Source: Eledone cirrhosa
Lineage: Eukaryota
Reading direction: 5' to 3'
NCBI GenBank assembly: GCA_964016885.1
Contig: OZ024746.1
Location: 76,570,001-76,634,000, forward strand
DNA length: 64,000 nt
Part shown: one piece after another, positions 1-12,846 of the stretch
Layout: the number at the start of each line of letters is the position of its first letter
Position numbering within the stretch: the stretch's first letter is position 1
Translations under genes and position numbers: made by a program
Notes under the pieces: generated by a model
Seen by the model: only the letters and a program-made list of their open reading frames with translations
The model's database searches: none
Told to the model about the DNA's origin: nothing

Positions 1-84
1 TAAATATAAAACATATAACAAATAATATTTTAAATAAATATGTAAACTAATAATTGTATCATCTTATGCATTCACAATTTATAA

Positions 85-410
85 ACAGGCACATTTTCTT
101 CGCAACCATGTGATTCTGGGTTTAATCCTGCCGTGTGGTACACTGGGCAAGTGATTTCTATTACAGCATTGGGTGGATTATATCCTTGTGAGATGAATTT
201 GGTAAATAAACTGTGGAAGTTTGTCATATATATGTGGGTGTGTGTGTTTACTCCTGTAACTTAGCAGGTCAACAAAAAAGAAATTGATAAAATAAACAAC
301 ACTTGAAAAAAGAAATGCTAGGGTCAATATGATAGATTAAATCAAAGCAGCGCCCCAATATAGCCATAATCTAATGACTAAAACAAGTAAAAGAATAAAA
401 GAAAATTTCT
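85..410 (+). mobile_element. tRNA-derived SINE family 2
   Basis: gggtttaatcc B-box-like, ctgggcaagtg, ttgtgagatgaatttggta, A-rich tail. Confidence 0.7.
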
Positions 411-704
411 TGGGAATCAATTCAATATTGATAGGAATAGCTAACAGCTCTCAGCTGTTACTTATCAAGTCCTCAGTGGTTTGAATTTTAAAAAAAAATA
501 ACTCACTGGAAGTAGTAGGTGAATTCTGATAACTAGTGATGTATAATTAGTGCTGGATATAGATGCTGGGTCAGCACTACCATTAGGTCAATTAGACAAT
601 CCCTAGTGTGTAGACTTCAGAGAGATGCATTACTGAACCTTAAAAGATTACAGTTTTATAAAAGTTTCTGTAGTCAAATTGAATATATAATTTCTAGTGA
701 TCAA

Positions 705-970
705 TAAATAAATCACTAAACATTCTTTGCTGCATAGCAACAGTGTGGAAATATCCAAAGTACTGGAGAGGGTCGTATGGTGTTGGCTTGTAACAGGACT
801 GGGAATGGATGAATGTGGACTATGTAGTGGAAAATACATGCTTAGTATTTTTTTTTTTAGTGTGGTCAAGGCAAGAAATGTCAAAAACTTGGCCTGCCAG
901 ATTGCCTAACTGTAAGTTGAAATTATTTTATTTAAAAGAATGTGGTGTGCATTTTAAGACTAGCTTAGAA
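705..970. repeat. Unclassified dispersed repeat, copy 1
   Basis: Aligns with 18395-18680 and 36250-36505 (tgctgcatagca, tccaaagt, gcaagaa(a/g)tgtcaaaaa, aagttgaaattattttat). Confidence 0.8.
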
Positions 971-1131
971 TGCTGGCCTCGGGTAGATGTAAGAAGTGAC
1001 TATGATGCAAACAAGATGGAAGAATTCAGAAAATTGCTGCCTCTCTTAGCATATATAATTTTAAAAAATAAAAATAAAAATAAATAAAAAAGTTTTCGAA
1101 AAGCAGACCAAATGAGGCATGCACATAAATG

Positions 1132-1164
<33 letters not shown>

Positions 1165-1419
1165 TTTTTAGAATCGCTGAAGGATAAGAAGTTTGAGAAT
1201 TTGAAAGAAGCATCAACATTGTTTGACTATGAAAAATAGTCTAAGTTGAGCATATAAGCCCTGAACACGAACAACATTTTGTAGAGCACCAGTACTGTAC
1301 AAAATATTTTCCATATTCAAGGTTCATGTGGCCAACTTAGATTATTTTTTTATGGTCAAACAATGATGATGCTTCTTTCTAATTCTCAAATATATTATAC
1401 AGCCTATTCCTCCACATAG

Positions 1420-1960
1420 TGGTACCATCCAGCACCAGGCTCCCAAACTGTGGTTCGACACCTGCCCCTTCTCATAATGGTGTTGGGGGCCCAAAACTAT
1501 GGTAATGTTGTGAGGTCGGTTTGGCGTGGGCAACTGGCCTACCCCTCCTTATAATGGTACCATCCAATACCGGGCCCCAAAACTATGGCTACAGTGTAAG
1601 ATGGGTTAAGTTCCCCATATCGGTGCCATCCAATACCAGGCCCCAAAACTATGGCTACGATGTAAGATGGGTTAAGTTCCCCATATCGGTGCCATCCAGT
1701 ACCGGGCTCCAAAACTATGTCTCCACTGTAAGATGGGTTCAGGCTCCCAAACTATTGTTCCACGGGTTTCGCGCAGCCAACTGGCCCGTCCTTCATAATG
1801 GAGCCATCTAGTTCCACACTGTAAATGTGGTTGGTGTTAGGAAGGGCATCCAACCAAATTTACAGTCCTTGTCGGAGCAAGGTACGGCGTGGCCAACTCT
1901 GGCCAAACGACCTGTCTAATCCATGCAGGCAAGGAAAAATGGATGCTAAACAGTGATGAT
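1420..1960 (+). repeat. 66-bp tandem repeat (3 units, 1556-1750) joined to an RTE-type 3' tail
   Basis: ggt(a/g)ccatcc at 1556, 1622, 1688; tail ggttggtgttaggaagggcatcc..tgatgat at 1828-1960. Confidence 0.8.
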
Positions 1961-2439
1961 CACACGCACACACCCACACAGTGAATGTAGGTATTTACAA
2001 ACAGAGTTAAAGATGATCCACTAAAAAACATGTACAGTTGATATACAGAGAGGGTTGCGTACAAATGACCTGAGAAAAGTAGACAGTCATCAAAGATATT
2101 GCTCAGTGTTTATACAGATAGAGAGGTAGCCTTATTTCTTTATGAAATCCACTGGCTTACAAGATGTATTAGTTGATCTTTTAACTTCAATTGCAATAAC
2201 AGTAATAATGTCAGTGATAATATGTAGGGGTGAGACAAACAAAGTTATATAATAAAAGTGAATGAGCAAGGAAGTTATACAATAGACAAATTTGATAAGA
2301 CATGAAATGAATAATAAATTGTGAAACAGTAATTATCACAAGATAAGATATATAAACATTAAAAAAAAAACATTGAAGGTTACCAACCACTAATTAATTC
2401 AAGTCACAACACTCTACATTTGTGCTTGTGTGCCATATA

Positions 2440-2655
2440 ATAATAATTCTTTCTAATATTGGCACAAGGCTAGCAATTTTGAGGGAAGGGGAAAGTCAAT
2501 TATATCAACTCCAGTAATTGACTGGTACTTGATTTATCAACCCTGGGAGGATGAAAGGTAAAGTTGACCTTGGTGGAATTTTAGCTCAAAATGTAAGGAG
2601 ATGCAACAAATATTGCAAAGCATTTTGTCTAACGCCCTCACAATTCTGACAATAA
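2440..2655 (-). mobile_element. tRNA-derived SINE family 3 (Meta/MESC-like central block ggtact..tttatcgacccc..aaggatgaaagg)
   Basis: Dispersed homologs at ~4180-4380(+), 15470-15745, 16190-16770, 28590-28770, 38200-38290, 62600-62770, 63240-63360. The domain name is from memory. Confidence 0.75.
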
Positions 2656-2821
2656 CAACAATAACAACAACATTAACAATTTTCAAGCTTCATATGTGTG
2701 TTAAGTATACAATTATGAAACATTTTTTCACGTTTTATCAAATTAATTTGTCTATTGTATGACATCGTTGCCCCTAGCCTTATTTTATATAATTTTGTTT
2801 GTCCAGCCCCACATATACTGT

Positions 2822-3370
2822 CATCATCATTATCACCATTTAACATCTATTTTCCATGCGAGCATGGGTTAGACAAGTTGTCCCATCGTGTGACAAGCCA
2901 GATCAGGTGATCGTATCTTGCTCATAGAGAACTGATTCTGGCTTAGTTTCTACGGCCAGATGCCCTTCCTAACGCCTACACCATTTATAGTGTTGACTGG
3001 ATGCCTTTTGCTGTGACACCAAAATGACCACTTTACATTGTGGGCTGGGTGCTTTTTATTGACACCTACACAATCACTTTACCGTGTCAGTTGGGAACAT
3101 TTTTTCGTGGTATCAAAATTACCACTTTATGGTGTGGGCTGGGTGCATTTTTTCATGATACCTACACGACCACTTTACAGTGTGGGCTGGGCGCTTTTTG
3201 TTGTGGCACCAAAACAACCATTTTACATCGTGGGCTGGGTGCTTTTTGTTGTGACACCTACACAACCATTTTACAGTGTGAGCAGGACGCTTTTTGTCGT
3301 GACACGTACGCAACCACTTTACAGTGTGGGCTGGGAGCTTTTTGTTGTGACATCTACACAACCATTTATC
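2822..3370 (-). repeat. RTE 3' end with expanded 48-bp tandem array (~8 units, 2985-3370)
   Basis: Period 48 (ttta at 3126, 3174, 3222, 3270, 3318); continuous with the RTE tail at 2822-2985. Confidence 0.9.
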
Positions 3371-5258
3371 TCTGTGTATAATGTTTATATTCTATGTGCA
3401 AGCCCTTGTGGCTAATAAAGAAATTATTATTATTATTGCTGTTGTGCTGCTGCATGATTAAATTAAGCTATGTTAACAATTTATTTCTCTTCCTTTCAGA
3501 GATTAAATAGTTTTATTTGATCAGTTTTGGTATTATTCCAAATTAACACATTTTACTTAACTAACTTCTCCTAGGTGATACTGGATAATCCTGCTAGACA
3601 AGAAATATATATAATCAAAACAGGGCTATTGCCAGCTATTTAACAGTCAAAAATATGTAGGAGGAATTTTAGATAGTTAGAAGCAGGAAATGGCTGTTTA
3701 AGGATAAGCACTGAAACTTTAAAAAACATTTTTTTTTTCTTTTTACTATATTATCATCATTTAATGTACGCTTTTCCATAGTGGCATAGGTTGGATCGTC
3801 TCTTGAAGTGGTCTAGTTCAATCAATGCTCATGAAATTAATATGCAAGTGGCTGAGCATTCCACACATACATGTATTGTAGATGTAATTCTCAGGTAGAT
3901 TCAGTGTGTCACAGTGTGTCTGACCCTTTGAATTAGACAGCTCATTTTTTCTAGCTGCATGGACTGGAGCAACGTGTTATTAAGAGTCAAAAGAAAAAAA
4001 GATGCAACTTGCTGCAAGGAATCTAACTCCGGATATTACAATCATGAGCAGAACACCCCTCACCACTAAATATATATTTGTATATCTACACCCACTTTCT
4101 ATATATTAATATTTTAGATTATATAAAAGCTGAAGATTAAAATGTATATAGTAAGTACACCTAGGCAACAAATTGATAGAGTTGTGAGAGCATTGGATAA
4201 AATATCTTTGTATTTGTTTCGACCCTCTGCACTCCAAGTTCAAACCCTGTTGGGGTCAACTTTGTCTTTCACTCTTTCGTGGTTGATAAATAAAGTACCA
4301 ATCCATGGGTGGTGAGTTGGTGGGATTGTTAAAAAAAGTCAGACAGGATACTTTGCAATATCTGTTCCAGCTCTGTCACTGGAAAAGCAGTCTTGCTGCT
4401 ACCAGGAGTCTGACAAGCAGGCAGTATACTCCTTCTCCAGCAAACTGAAATAATTGGCCTAAAAAAGCAATCGTGAACATTCTCAAATACCAACTGAAAT
4501 ATATTTGTGACTTTTTATACTCTGCTGTAAGCGGAAATAAGAATTACAGAAAAGTCCATCTAATTTTAATTATATTGATAATACTTTTAAAAATGTGCCA
4601 TACTACATTTTTTTTTTAATATCAGAGAAAAAGCGTATATGGTTGAATTAAACTGATACTTCCAGTGAACAAATTATAGGAACTGTCCCATTGAGCAGTA
4701 AATTCTAAAATATATCAATAATATATAACTATCATCAGTTTTATGTTCACTTTTCCATACTGGCATGGATAGGATGAAACTTTTTGAAGCAGAATTCTAT
4801 GCCTGGATGCCATTCATCATGTCAATCTTGAAAGAAATCAGCTGTTCAGATCTAGAGAAGAGATGGGCTCTGCTAAGTTTTTAAAATGCCCAAGAAACAC
4901 TCCACCAGGAGTTATAGATTCATACATACATATGCTACATTACTATCTTAGTAATGAAATAGTTATTAATTTTAGTAAATCCCTCAAAATTCTTCATTAA
5001 TTAATTGAAATAGACTATTTCATTAGAAATATGGTCACAAAAAGGTTAGCCCATTTGATGCCAACCTAACCAAATGTAGTTCTGGTTCTATGAAACAAAA
5101 CCTTCATTATAAAGGGTTCCTATTTAAATTAAAATCTTCCAACATATAAGAACCATGTGTAAAGTTAATATAGTAATGAAATAATAAATACAGATGTTTG
5201 AGGCAAACTTTTTTCTTGATTCCCACTCTGGGATAACATTATTGAGACTCCAACTTAA

Positions 5259-5461
5259 CCTTTAGCATTTAAACTGGCCATATCTGACCAGAATTCTCTC
5301 ACCTCGTTCTGTTCAAACTGACCATAACCGGCTGCTCATGATGTTAAGGTATTGTTCTCAAAATAAATAATATCAAAATCTCATAGATTTGATATTATGT
5401 GAGATAAATCCTTTACCATGAAAATCTATAGTAAATATAGAGTAATGTAAATGCTAAAGGG
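5259..5461 (+). mobile_element. piggyBac-type MITE family A
   Basis: Same body and TIRs; flanks TTAA / CTAA. Confidence 0.85.
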
Positions 5462-6606
5462 CTAAACTTTCTTTTAGTGTAGATTTCAAAATTGAGCAAA
5501 AAACGTTGTTATATGATGTACCTTTATTAAAATTTAACACTTTTTTCTAATATGTCAAAATTAACAAAGATTTATATATGTAAGTGTATCACTTCTGCTG
5601 CTATATAGGACACTTCTTTCTCCCTCTGCCTGCATCTCTTCTCTCAACATTTCAGACTTTCTGCTCTCACCTTGATTTATGATATTTTTGAATGAGAGAC
5701 AATACCCAACTTTATATGTTTACTTAAAGTTCATTAATAGAAAGATATAGACTTTTTTTTAACGGTTCCTCTGTGCCAGAAATTAACTGAGAAGATTGTG
5801 GAACAACATGTGTTTTCCGCTCAACTCCGAGTAAATGTTAAGTCTCAATGTAGTCCCAGAGCGAGAATTAAAACAATATTTTCCCCACAAACATCTGTAT
5901 TTGAACAAACCACTAACTACTGGCTTGAAAACAAGAGAGAAAAATGAAGAAAAAAATAGTTGAAGATGGAAAAAAAAGGGGGTGGCTATAATACCTATAA
6001 ATTCAAAGAATTTACTATATCACTAAATAAGGGCAAAAGAAAGAAATGAGAAAATACATATTCTTTCTATATATGTATGTATATGAAATTTTAACATAAG
6101 TACAATATTTTAGATACAAGATACCTTGTTAAATATTAGATGACTTTGCCAACCTAACCTACCAATCGCTATATAACTTATTTTTTATATTATCTAATGA
6201 CTCTTCTAAACATTGCACTGATGGGTGATATAATCATGAAATAGATCACTCTTCACTTAATAAGCAATAAAAAAATTTATTAATTCCTAATAAACTGGCT
6301 CATAAAATTTTGAAATCCTGCTAACAACCTTCTCTTTTTCTCCCCATCAGCTTGTGTCTCTTCATCAAACCGTTCACCTTGCCCTTGACCATAAAAAGGG
6401 AATGCCAGCAAGGAGAGGGGTTAGTGAGGAAGGAGGGAAAGGAAAAAACTTCATAAAAATTTGTGACTATCTTCTTATATGTCTAAAACAATGTGTATCA
6501 TTCCTGTGGCTATATAGGACACCTCTTTCTATTTCCCTCTGCCTGCATTTCTTCAGTCAATCTTTTAGACTTTCTCCTCTTAACTTAGTTTCAAATAAAT
6601 GATTTT

Positions 6607-9600
6607 AGATGGAAAGGAAGGTCAACTAGATTCCTTGTGGGTGAAAAACAATGCTACAAATTTTTCTTGGTGAGAAATGATAACAGGCTGGGTGGAGTAG
6701 GGATCATGTTAGCAGAAAAATGGGTAGATAAAGTAATTGCTGTTAATAGATTGAACGACAGAATCCTTAAAATTAGACTAGTACTAAATAGAACAACTGT
6801 GTCAATTATATCTACTTATGCACCCCAATCTGGGCTGCTGAACGTACTGAAAGACATGTTCTACAAGTCCCTAATAAGCAACGGTGATTTCATAATCAGT
6901 GCAGGTGATTTTAATGAGCATGTCAGGCAACGCTGCAATGGCGTTAACGGGATCCATGAGGGTTATGGGGTTGGTGCTAGAAATGAGGAAGGTTTCAAGC
7001 TCCGAGAAATCTGTGATGCTCATGATCTATCAACCTGTAACATGAACATAAAAAAACAAGACAATCACTTGATCCCCTATAGATCAGGGAAGCATATCAG
7101 CCAGATAGATTTTATCCTTACGAGAAGATGAGACAGAGTGACAGTTGTAAATACAAAGTCCTTCCCTGGTGAAGAATACACATCCCAACATTACCTAGCA
7201 GATGGCAAACTTATAGTTAGGGCTAGACAAACTCAATGACAGAGGACAACCTTGAGGAGAAGAATGTGAAAGTTAAAAAAACCTGCAGCCAGTAACAAAT
7301 TTAGAGGTATGTTGCTAGATGCTTCTGACAGTAAGGAAGAACAAATAAAGACATACAATATAGAGGATCAGTGGGAATTCCTGAAAGATAACTTACTGAG
7401 GCAACAAATAAAATCTACAATTGGAGCAGGTCTCTAAGGAGAAGGAGAATGACTTGCTGATTGAACAGTAGAGTGGAGGAGACAATTAAGGCCAAAAGAC
7501 AGACATGGAAAGAATGGCAGGATGGCTAGGAGAGAAGCTAGATGACCAGTGTACTTTGCAAGAAAGAAAGCAGAAAATAAAAAATTTAAGCATGCTCTGC
7601 AATGTGAGGACCAAAGGTGTGAGGTGATCAGGATTGCGAGGCAGTGTGTCAGGGAAAATTGTGATGTCATTGGGGAGAAGTGTGTCCATGATATACTCGC
7701 CCTCACTGATGCTGAAAAGAAGGTAGTTTGGAAGTACCACTATGAAAGAAAACTAAATGAGGAGAATGAATAGGAAGAAGATAGTTTGCCCAAAGTTGAT
7801 CCAACAGAGGTACCGTCTGTGCAAGTTAGAAATAGTATAGTAAGTAAGGCAATCAAGGATATGAAGACAAGCAAAGCAACTGGACCTTCAGGGACAGTTG
7901 CCGAGATGCTGAAAGCATCTGGAATGGTGAGTCATGCCATTCCACTCGTAAAACAAAATGGTGTCATACCCAATGACTGGCGTAGCAGCATCATGAGTAA
8001 AGAAGATGCTCTAGACAGAGAAAACTATAGAAGCATCAAGTTGGTTGAGCAGGTCATGAAAGTCACAGAGTTATAGCACAGCTGATTAATGACCGAGTTA
8101 ACCTAGATAAAATGCAGTTTAGATTTGTGCTAGGTAGAAGTATCACAATATGCTCTCTACCTTGTGAAGCAACTCCAGATGTACCTAGCTAAAAGTAAAC
8201 CCCTTTACTTAGCTTTTGTTGATATGAAGAAAGCCTTTGATAAAGTCCCCCGTCCCATTATCAGTGAGTTCTTAGAAAACTAGGAGTAGATGAAGGCAGT
8301 ACAAACTATGTATTGAGGAACAGTCAGCAAAGTTATAATTAACAATGATTATAGTGAAGAATTTAGCATGCAGGCAGGTGTCCATCAGGGCTCCGTCCTT
8401 AGCCCACTCCTAGTATTTAGAAAGGAAAACAGGGCCCAGATTCTTTCAAGGAAATAGCCTTGCTCAGTATGCAGGAAAGGAATAGGTAGAAATTGCTTGC
8501 TATGCCCCAAATGCAAGCTATGAATACACAAAAGATGTAGTAATATCACGGGCAGGCTATCAAAGAACATAGGTTTTATATGTGGCCAATGTGCAGGTGC
8601 AGTAAGTAGCAAGAGCCCACAGGATACTAGCTACTTCAATTGCCCAGAGGGCTCTGTAGAAATGGTCAACAGTTTCGGCTACCTGGGTGACCTAATTAGC
8701 AGTGGAGAAGGGTGTTTCAAAAGTACAGTAACCAGAGTACGAACAGGATGGAGAAAGTTCAGGTAAATACTGTCGCTGCTAGCTACAAAAGGTTTTTTCC
8801 CTAAAAAGGAAGGGCAGATTGTATGATGTATGTACACGAACAGCAATGTTGCATGGTAATGAAACCTGAGTACTGTGTGCATAGGACCTATGAAGATTGG
8901 AAAGAAATGAAGTCAGCATGCTCCAATGAATGTGTAATAGTAATATATATGAACGGCAGAGCGGAAATGAACTGAGAGAGAAACTGGGCATAAGAGGGAT
9001 CAGATGCAGTGTGCGTTGATATGACCATGTGATGCATATGAAGGATGACATCTGTAAAAAAGGGGCAGAGCGATCAAAGTTGATGGAAGCTATGGAGTAG
9101 TAAGACCTAGGAAGACCTGGGATGAGGTGATAAAAGCTGACCTTGCATAATTGCACCTCTCGAAAGAGATGACACAGGATCGAGATCTTTGGCATTATGC
9201 AGTAATACAAAAGACTCGCCGTTCCATGCACATGGATTGAAGCATATATCTAGTATGCACCACTTAACCGTTATCATCCTTACTCCTTCCATACACCTCC
9301 CATACCCTAACACTGCCTCCACAATCTTCTACAACTTTACACCACCCACTCCAGTCCTCACTATAAAGTGGTTATTTTGGTGCCACAATAAAAGGTACCC
9401 AGTCAACACTGTAAAGTGGCCGTGTAGGTATCACAACAAAAAGTACCCAGCACACACTGTAAATGTGGTTGGTGTTAGGAAGGGCATCCAGCCATAGAAA
9501 CCCGGTCAGAAAGTTCTGTATGAGCAAGACACAGTCACCTGATTTGCCTCAAATAGGACAACCCGTCTAACTCATGCTAGCATGGAATATAGACATTAAA

Positions 9601-9613
9601 TGATAATGATGAT
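6607..9613 (+). mobile_element. RTE LINE, near full-length, degraded (same family as 49336-52633)
   Basis: EN ORF 6637-7131, RT fragments 7549-8076, finger remnant ~8460-8595, internal deletion covering YADD, 3' UTR 48-bp units, tgataatgatgat tail. Confidence 0.92.
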
Positions 9614-11944
9614 CTACAAATTCCCTTAATTGATTGAAATATGGTCACAAAAGGGTTAAAATGTATGATTAGGATGACAATGTCATTGAAAAAGGGGGTT
9701 GAATATTGAGCACTAATTATTATCTTTTATTTGATAAATAAATCTGGAAAAATAGATTTACTTAAATATGGTAACTACATAAAACTAATCAGACACAATG
9801 GAACAATTAGACTTTGACCAATCAAATCAAAGGATACTTGTTCGTTGCTTTGAAGCACTAACTCTTGCTATATTACTCAGTGGAAATTAGGCTAGGCTAT
9901 AAAAGGTAATCCTATTCATTAAAGCTAAGTTAAAGATTAATCTTAAAGCAGGATGGGATAATAGAGTTTTAAACCATTAAGTCGAAGGAGATTTTAATAA
10001 GTGATTAATTAGAAATTAAGAGATGCTTTATTTAAAGAAAAATAGAATCTGTTGAGTGCTATCAGTACTTAACATAATTGAATACTAGATTGTTAAGCAA
10101 TTAAGATATAATGAAGCAAACACATTGTATTTTTAATGTGATATGTAAGTTGATATCAAGTGATATTAGGTGATAATATTGATGAGGTTCTTTTTCTGAA
10201 ATTATAGTTGTTGCCATGTTGTTGTTGGACCTCTTGATTCCAAAGACAAGTGTTCCAGTTGTTCAATAATCTGAACACCATGCTCATAAAATTAACATGA
10301 GTGGCAAGAGCTGAGCATTCCACAGGCTTGTGCACCCTTAGCATAATTCTCAGAGAGTTTGTATGACAGTGTGTGAAAAGACTGAATTACAGGTACAACT
10401 CATTTTTTCCGGCTGAGTGGATAGGAGCAATGTGAAATTGGACTCACAACCTCAAGATTGTGAGCCAAACAACCAAACCATGAAATCATGCATCTTCACA
10501 AAGTTGCTACTATATAGTTGAATATAGTAATATTCATACATAAAGTTGCATAAATGTTTTTTTGTTAAAGTGATATAAAAGAAGTGTAAACATTAGCTTA
10601 ATTAAATATTGAACATGAGGCAAAGATTCACTAGTTGACACATCAACAAGCTTAACTGAAATAAGTTCAGGTAAATTCAGTTGGCTTTAAAAACTTCTGA
10701 CTAATATCAAGGATTAAAACTGCTATCTTAATTATGATGCATTCATATCAAAAACAAGGAATATATTAGTTTTGTTTAAATTGTATACATGTAATTATTA
10801 GCTTATACAGATAATTAGCTAAATATAGAGAAATTTAACAAACAGTATTTAAATTTGAAGAAAACTCATTAATATCACTTCTAAAAATTAGAAAGAAAAC
10901 AAGCATACCTATTCACTAGATAATAATTTTTCTTAATCAGCATTTTGGAAACTGATTGTATAACTGTGACTACAGTATTATAAAAAATTTAAATTCATAT
11001 TAATTAGTTGTTCTTGCTTTTTTTTTTGTTATTTCAAAAATAGATTATTGCAGATATGCCATTAACCTTTTCATGACTATTTCTAATGAAATACATTCAA
11101 TTAAGTAACCCATTCAATACCAAACCACCAAAAATTGCCCCTTATTCTATGATAGAGCTTTTTTTGTATTTTTATATTCATTAAAAATCCTATCAGAATT
11201 TTATGTAAGAACCTTTATGTTCCAATCACTATATGCTGTGTTTTTCATTAGAAATGGGGGGGGGGGGGGGGGTTAATGAAGAATTTTACAGGATTTACTA
11301 AAATTATTCATTATTTGATGAATATGATAGTAACATATAAAATTATGTTGGAAGATTTTAATTTGAATAGGAACCCTTTAAATTGGGTGGTTTTGTTTCA
11401 TAGATTCAGATCTAGTTTTGGCCAGGTTGGTCTCAAAAGAATTAAAGGTTATGAAAGATTATGGGAGGTGGGGGTCTATAATTTTCATTATAATGTGATA
11501 GAAATGAGATTTCAGTCATGTAAATATAGGTTTGTATATCAAGCAGGCAGATTTTCCTGGTGGTAGTCTGGTGTATGAGAAAATGTATTAAATGCACCAG
11601 TGCAGGTGTGGCTAGTACAATAATGTTTGTACTTTGTAAAATACTTGTGACAGTTTAAGACCAGCTAAATCAAATAATTGTGATGCTGCATAACCTAATA
11701 GTTAGGGTGTTGGACTCACAATCATAAGGCTGTAAGGTCAATTCCTAAACCAAACAGCATATTGTGTTTTTGATCACGACACTTTATTTCACATTGATTT
11801 TCATGATCAGACTGAAGTCCCTTATTAAAACTTTCGAGAAAACAGCTATAGGATACAATGTCATGGGAAGTCAGCTATACATGCCTATGTATGAGTTGTA
11901 TCTTTGATTTTTATCAGTTCAAGTCAAATGATTTAGGTTTCCAA

Positions 11945-12275
11945 TAGCTTGCTTCATTGGGTGTGTAATATTAATGTGCATGAACAATAAAGTATGGTTG
12001 GGCTGAGAGAAACACTGGATATAAAAGGAATCAAATGTAGTGTGCAAGAGAAAAGACTACATGGGAGTGGACAAGTGATGTGTATGGATGATGATCATTA
12101 GATTGGAGTGCCCAAAGATGCCAGTGGAAGGAAGATGCAATAGAGGAAGACCTGATCTCAAAACACTGAACCTCACAGAGGAAATAACAAAGGAACACAA
12201 GTTGAGATAAGTTGTGCTACAGAAGACCTGTCCAACCCATGCAAGCATGGATAAAGACAGGTGTAAATGATAACA
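11945..12275 (+). mobile_element. RTE LINE 3' fragment, old
   Basis: Homology to the C-terminal LGIKGIKCSVQEKRL..GRP region and to the acccatgcaagcatgga..tgataa tail. Confidence 0.75.
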
Positions 12276-12699
12276 GACCATCAAAGATCTGTACAAGTTT
12301 AAAATTATATGAGGATTTGCGCTCTGTGTTCTTGGTATGATTTCCTTTCATTCAGGTGATGTTGAATGTGTCGAACTTGTCAAAATCCTCAATAGGTGAT
12401 GATTTGAAGTTCTTCATTACTGGATAATTACAAAGAGTGGCTAAATTTTCATGCAGGTATTATCTACACACACAAAGTGAAAGAAGCATGCAAATTTATA
12501 TATCAGCTAGGAAGAGACTATAATTTATATATGTCCACTTGGAAGAGTCATGATTTCGGGTGACCACTTAGGAATATTGATATGGAGAATTATAAACACA
12601 GTGGAAACCAATGATACCCGAGGTGCTCTTGAATTGATAGTAGAGGGTGGTACAGAAAAAGCTCATCAACGCATACATATGAAATAAAGGTTTATTTGT

Positions 12700-12846
12700 C
12701 TCTCTGTGTGTGTGTCTGCATGTCTGAGTCACTGTGTGTGTCTGTGTGTGTGTGTGTCTGTGTGTATGTGTGTCTGTGTGTATGTGTGTCTGACTGTGTG
12801 TGTGTGTCTGACTGTGTGCACGCACATGTGTGTGTGAGAGAGAGAT
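12700..12846. repeat. Compound (TG)n/(TGTC) microsatellite
   Basis: Direct inspection. Confidence 0.95.

Noticed and set aside
2985-3370. Regular array resembling CRISPR, with overlapping repetitive ORFs
   Set aside because: No unique spacers and no cas genes; eukaryotic context; units derive from the RTE 3' UTR, and the ORFs exist only because 48 is divisible by 3.
11256-11272. Homopolymer G/C runs (also ~33355, ~43080, ~48683) as G-quadruplex elements
   Set aside because: Simple mononucleotide runs with no shared context; no evidence of function.
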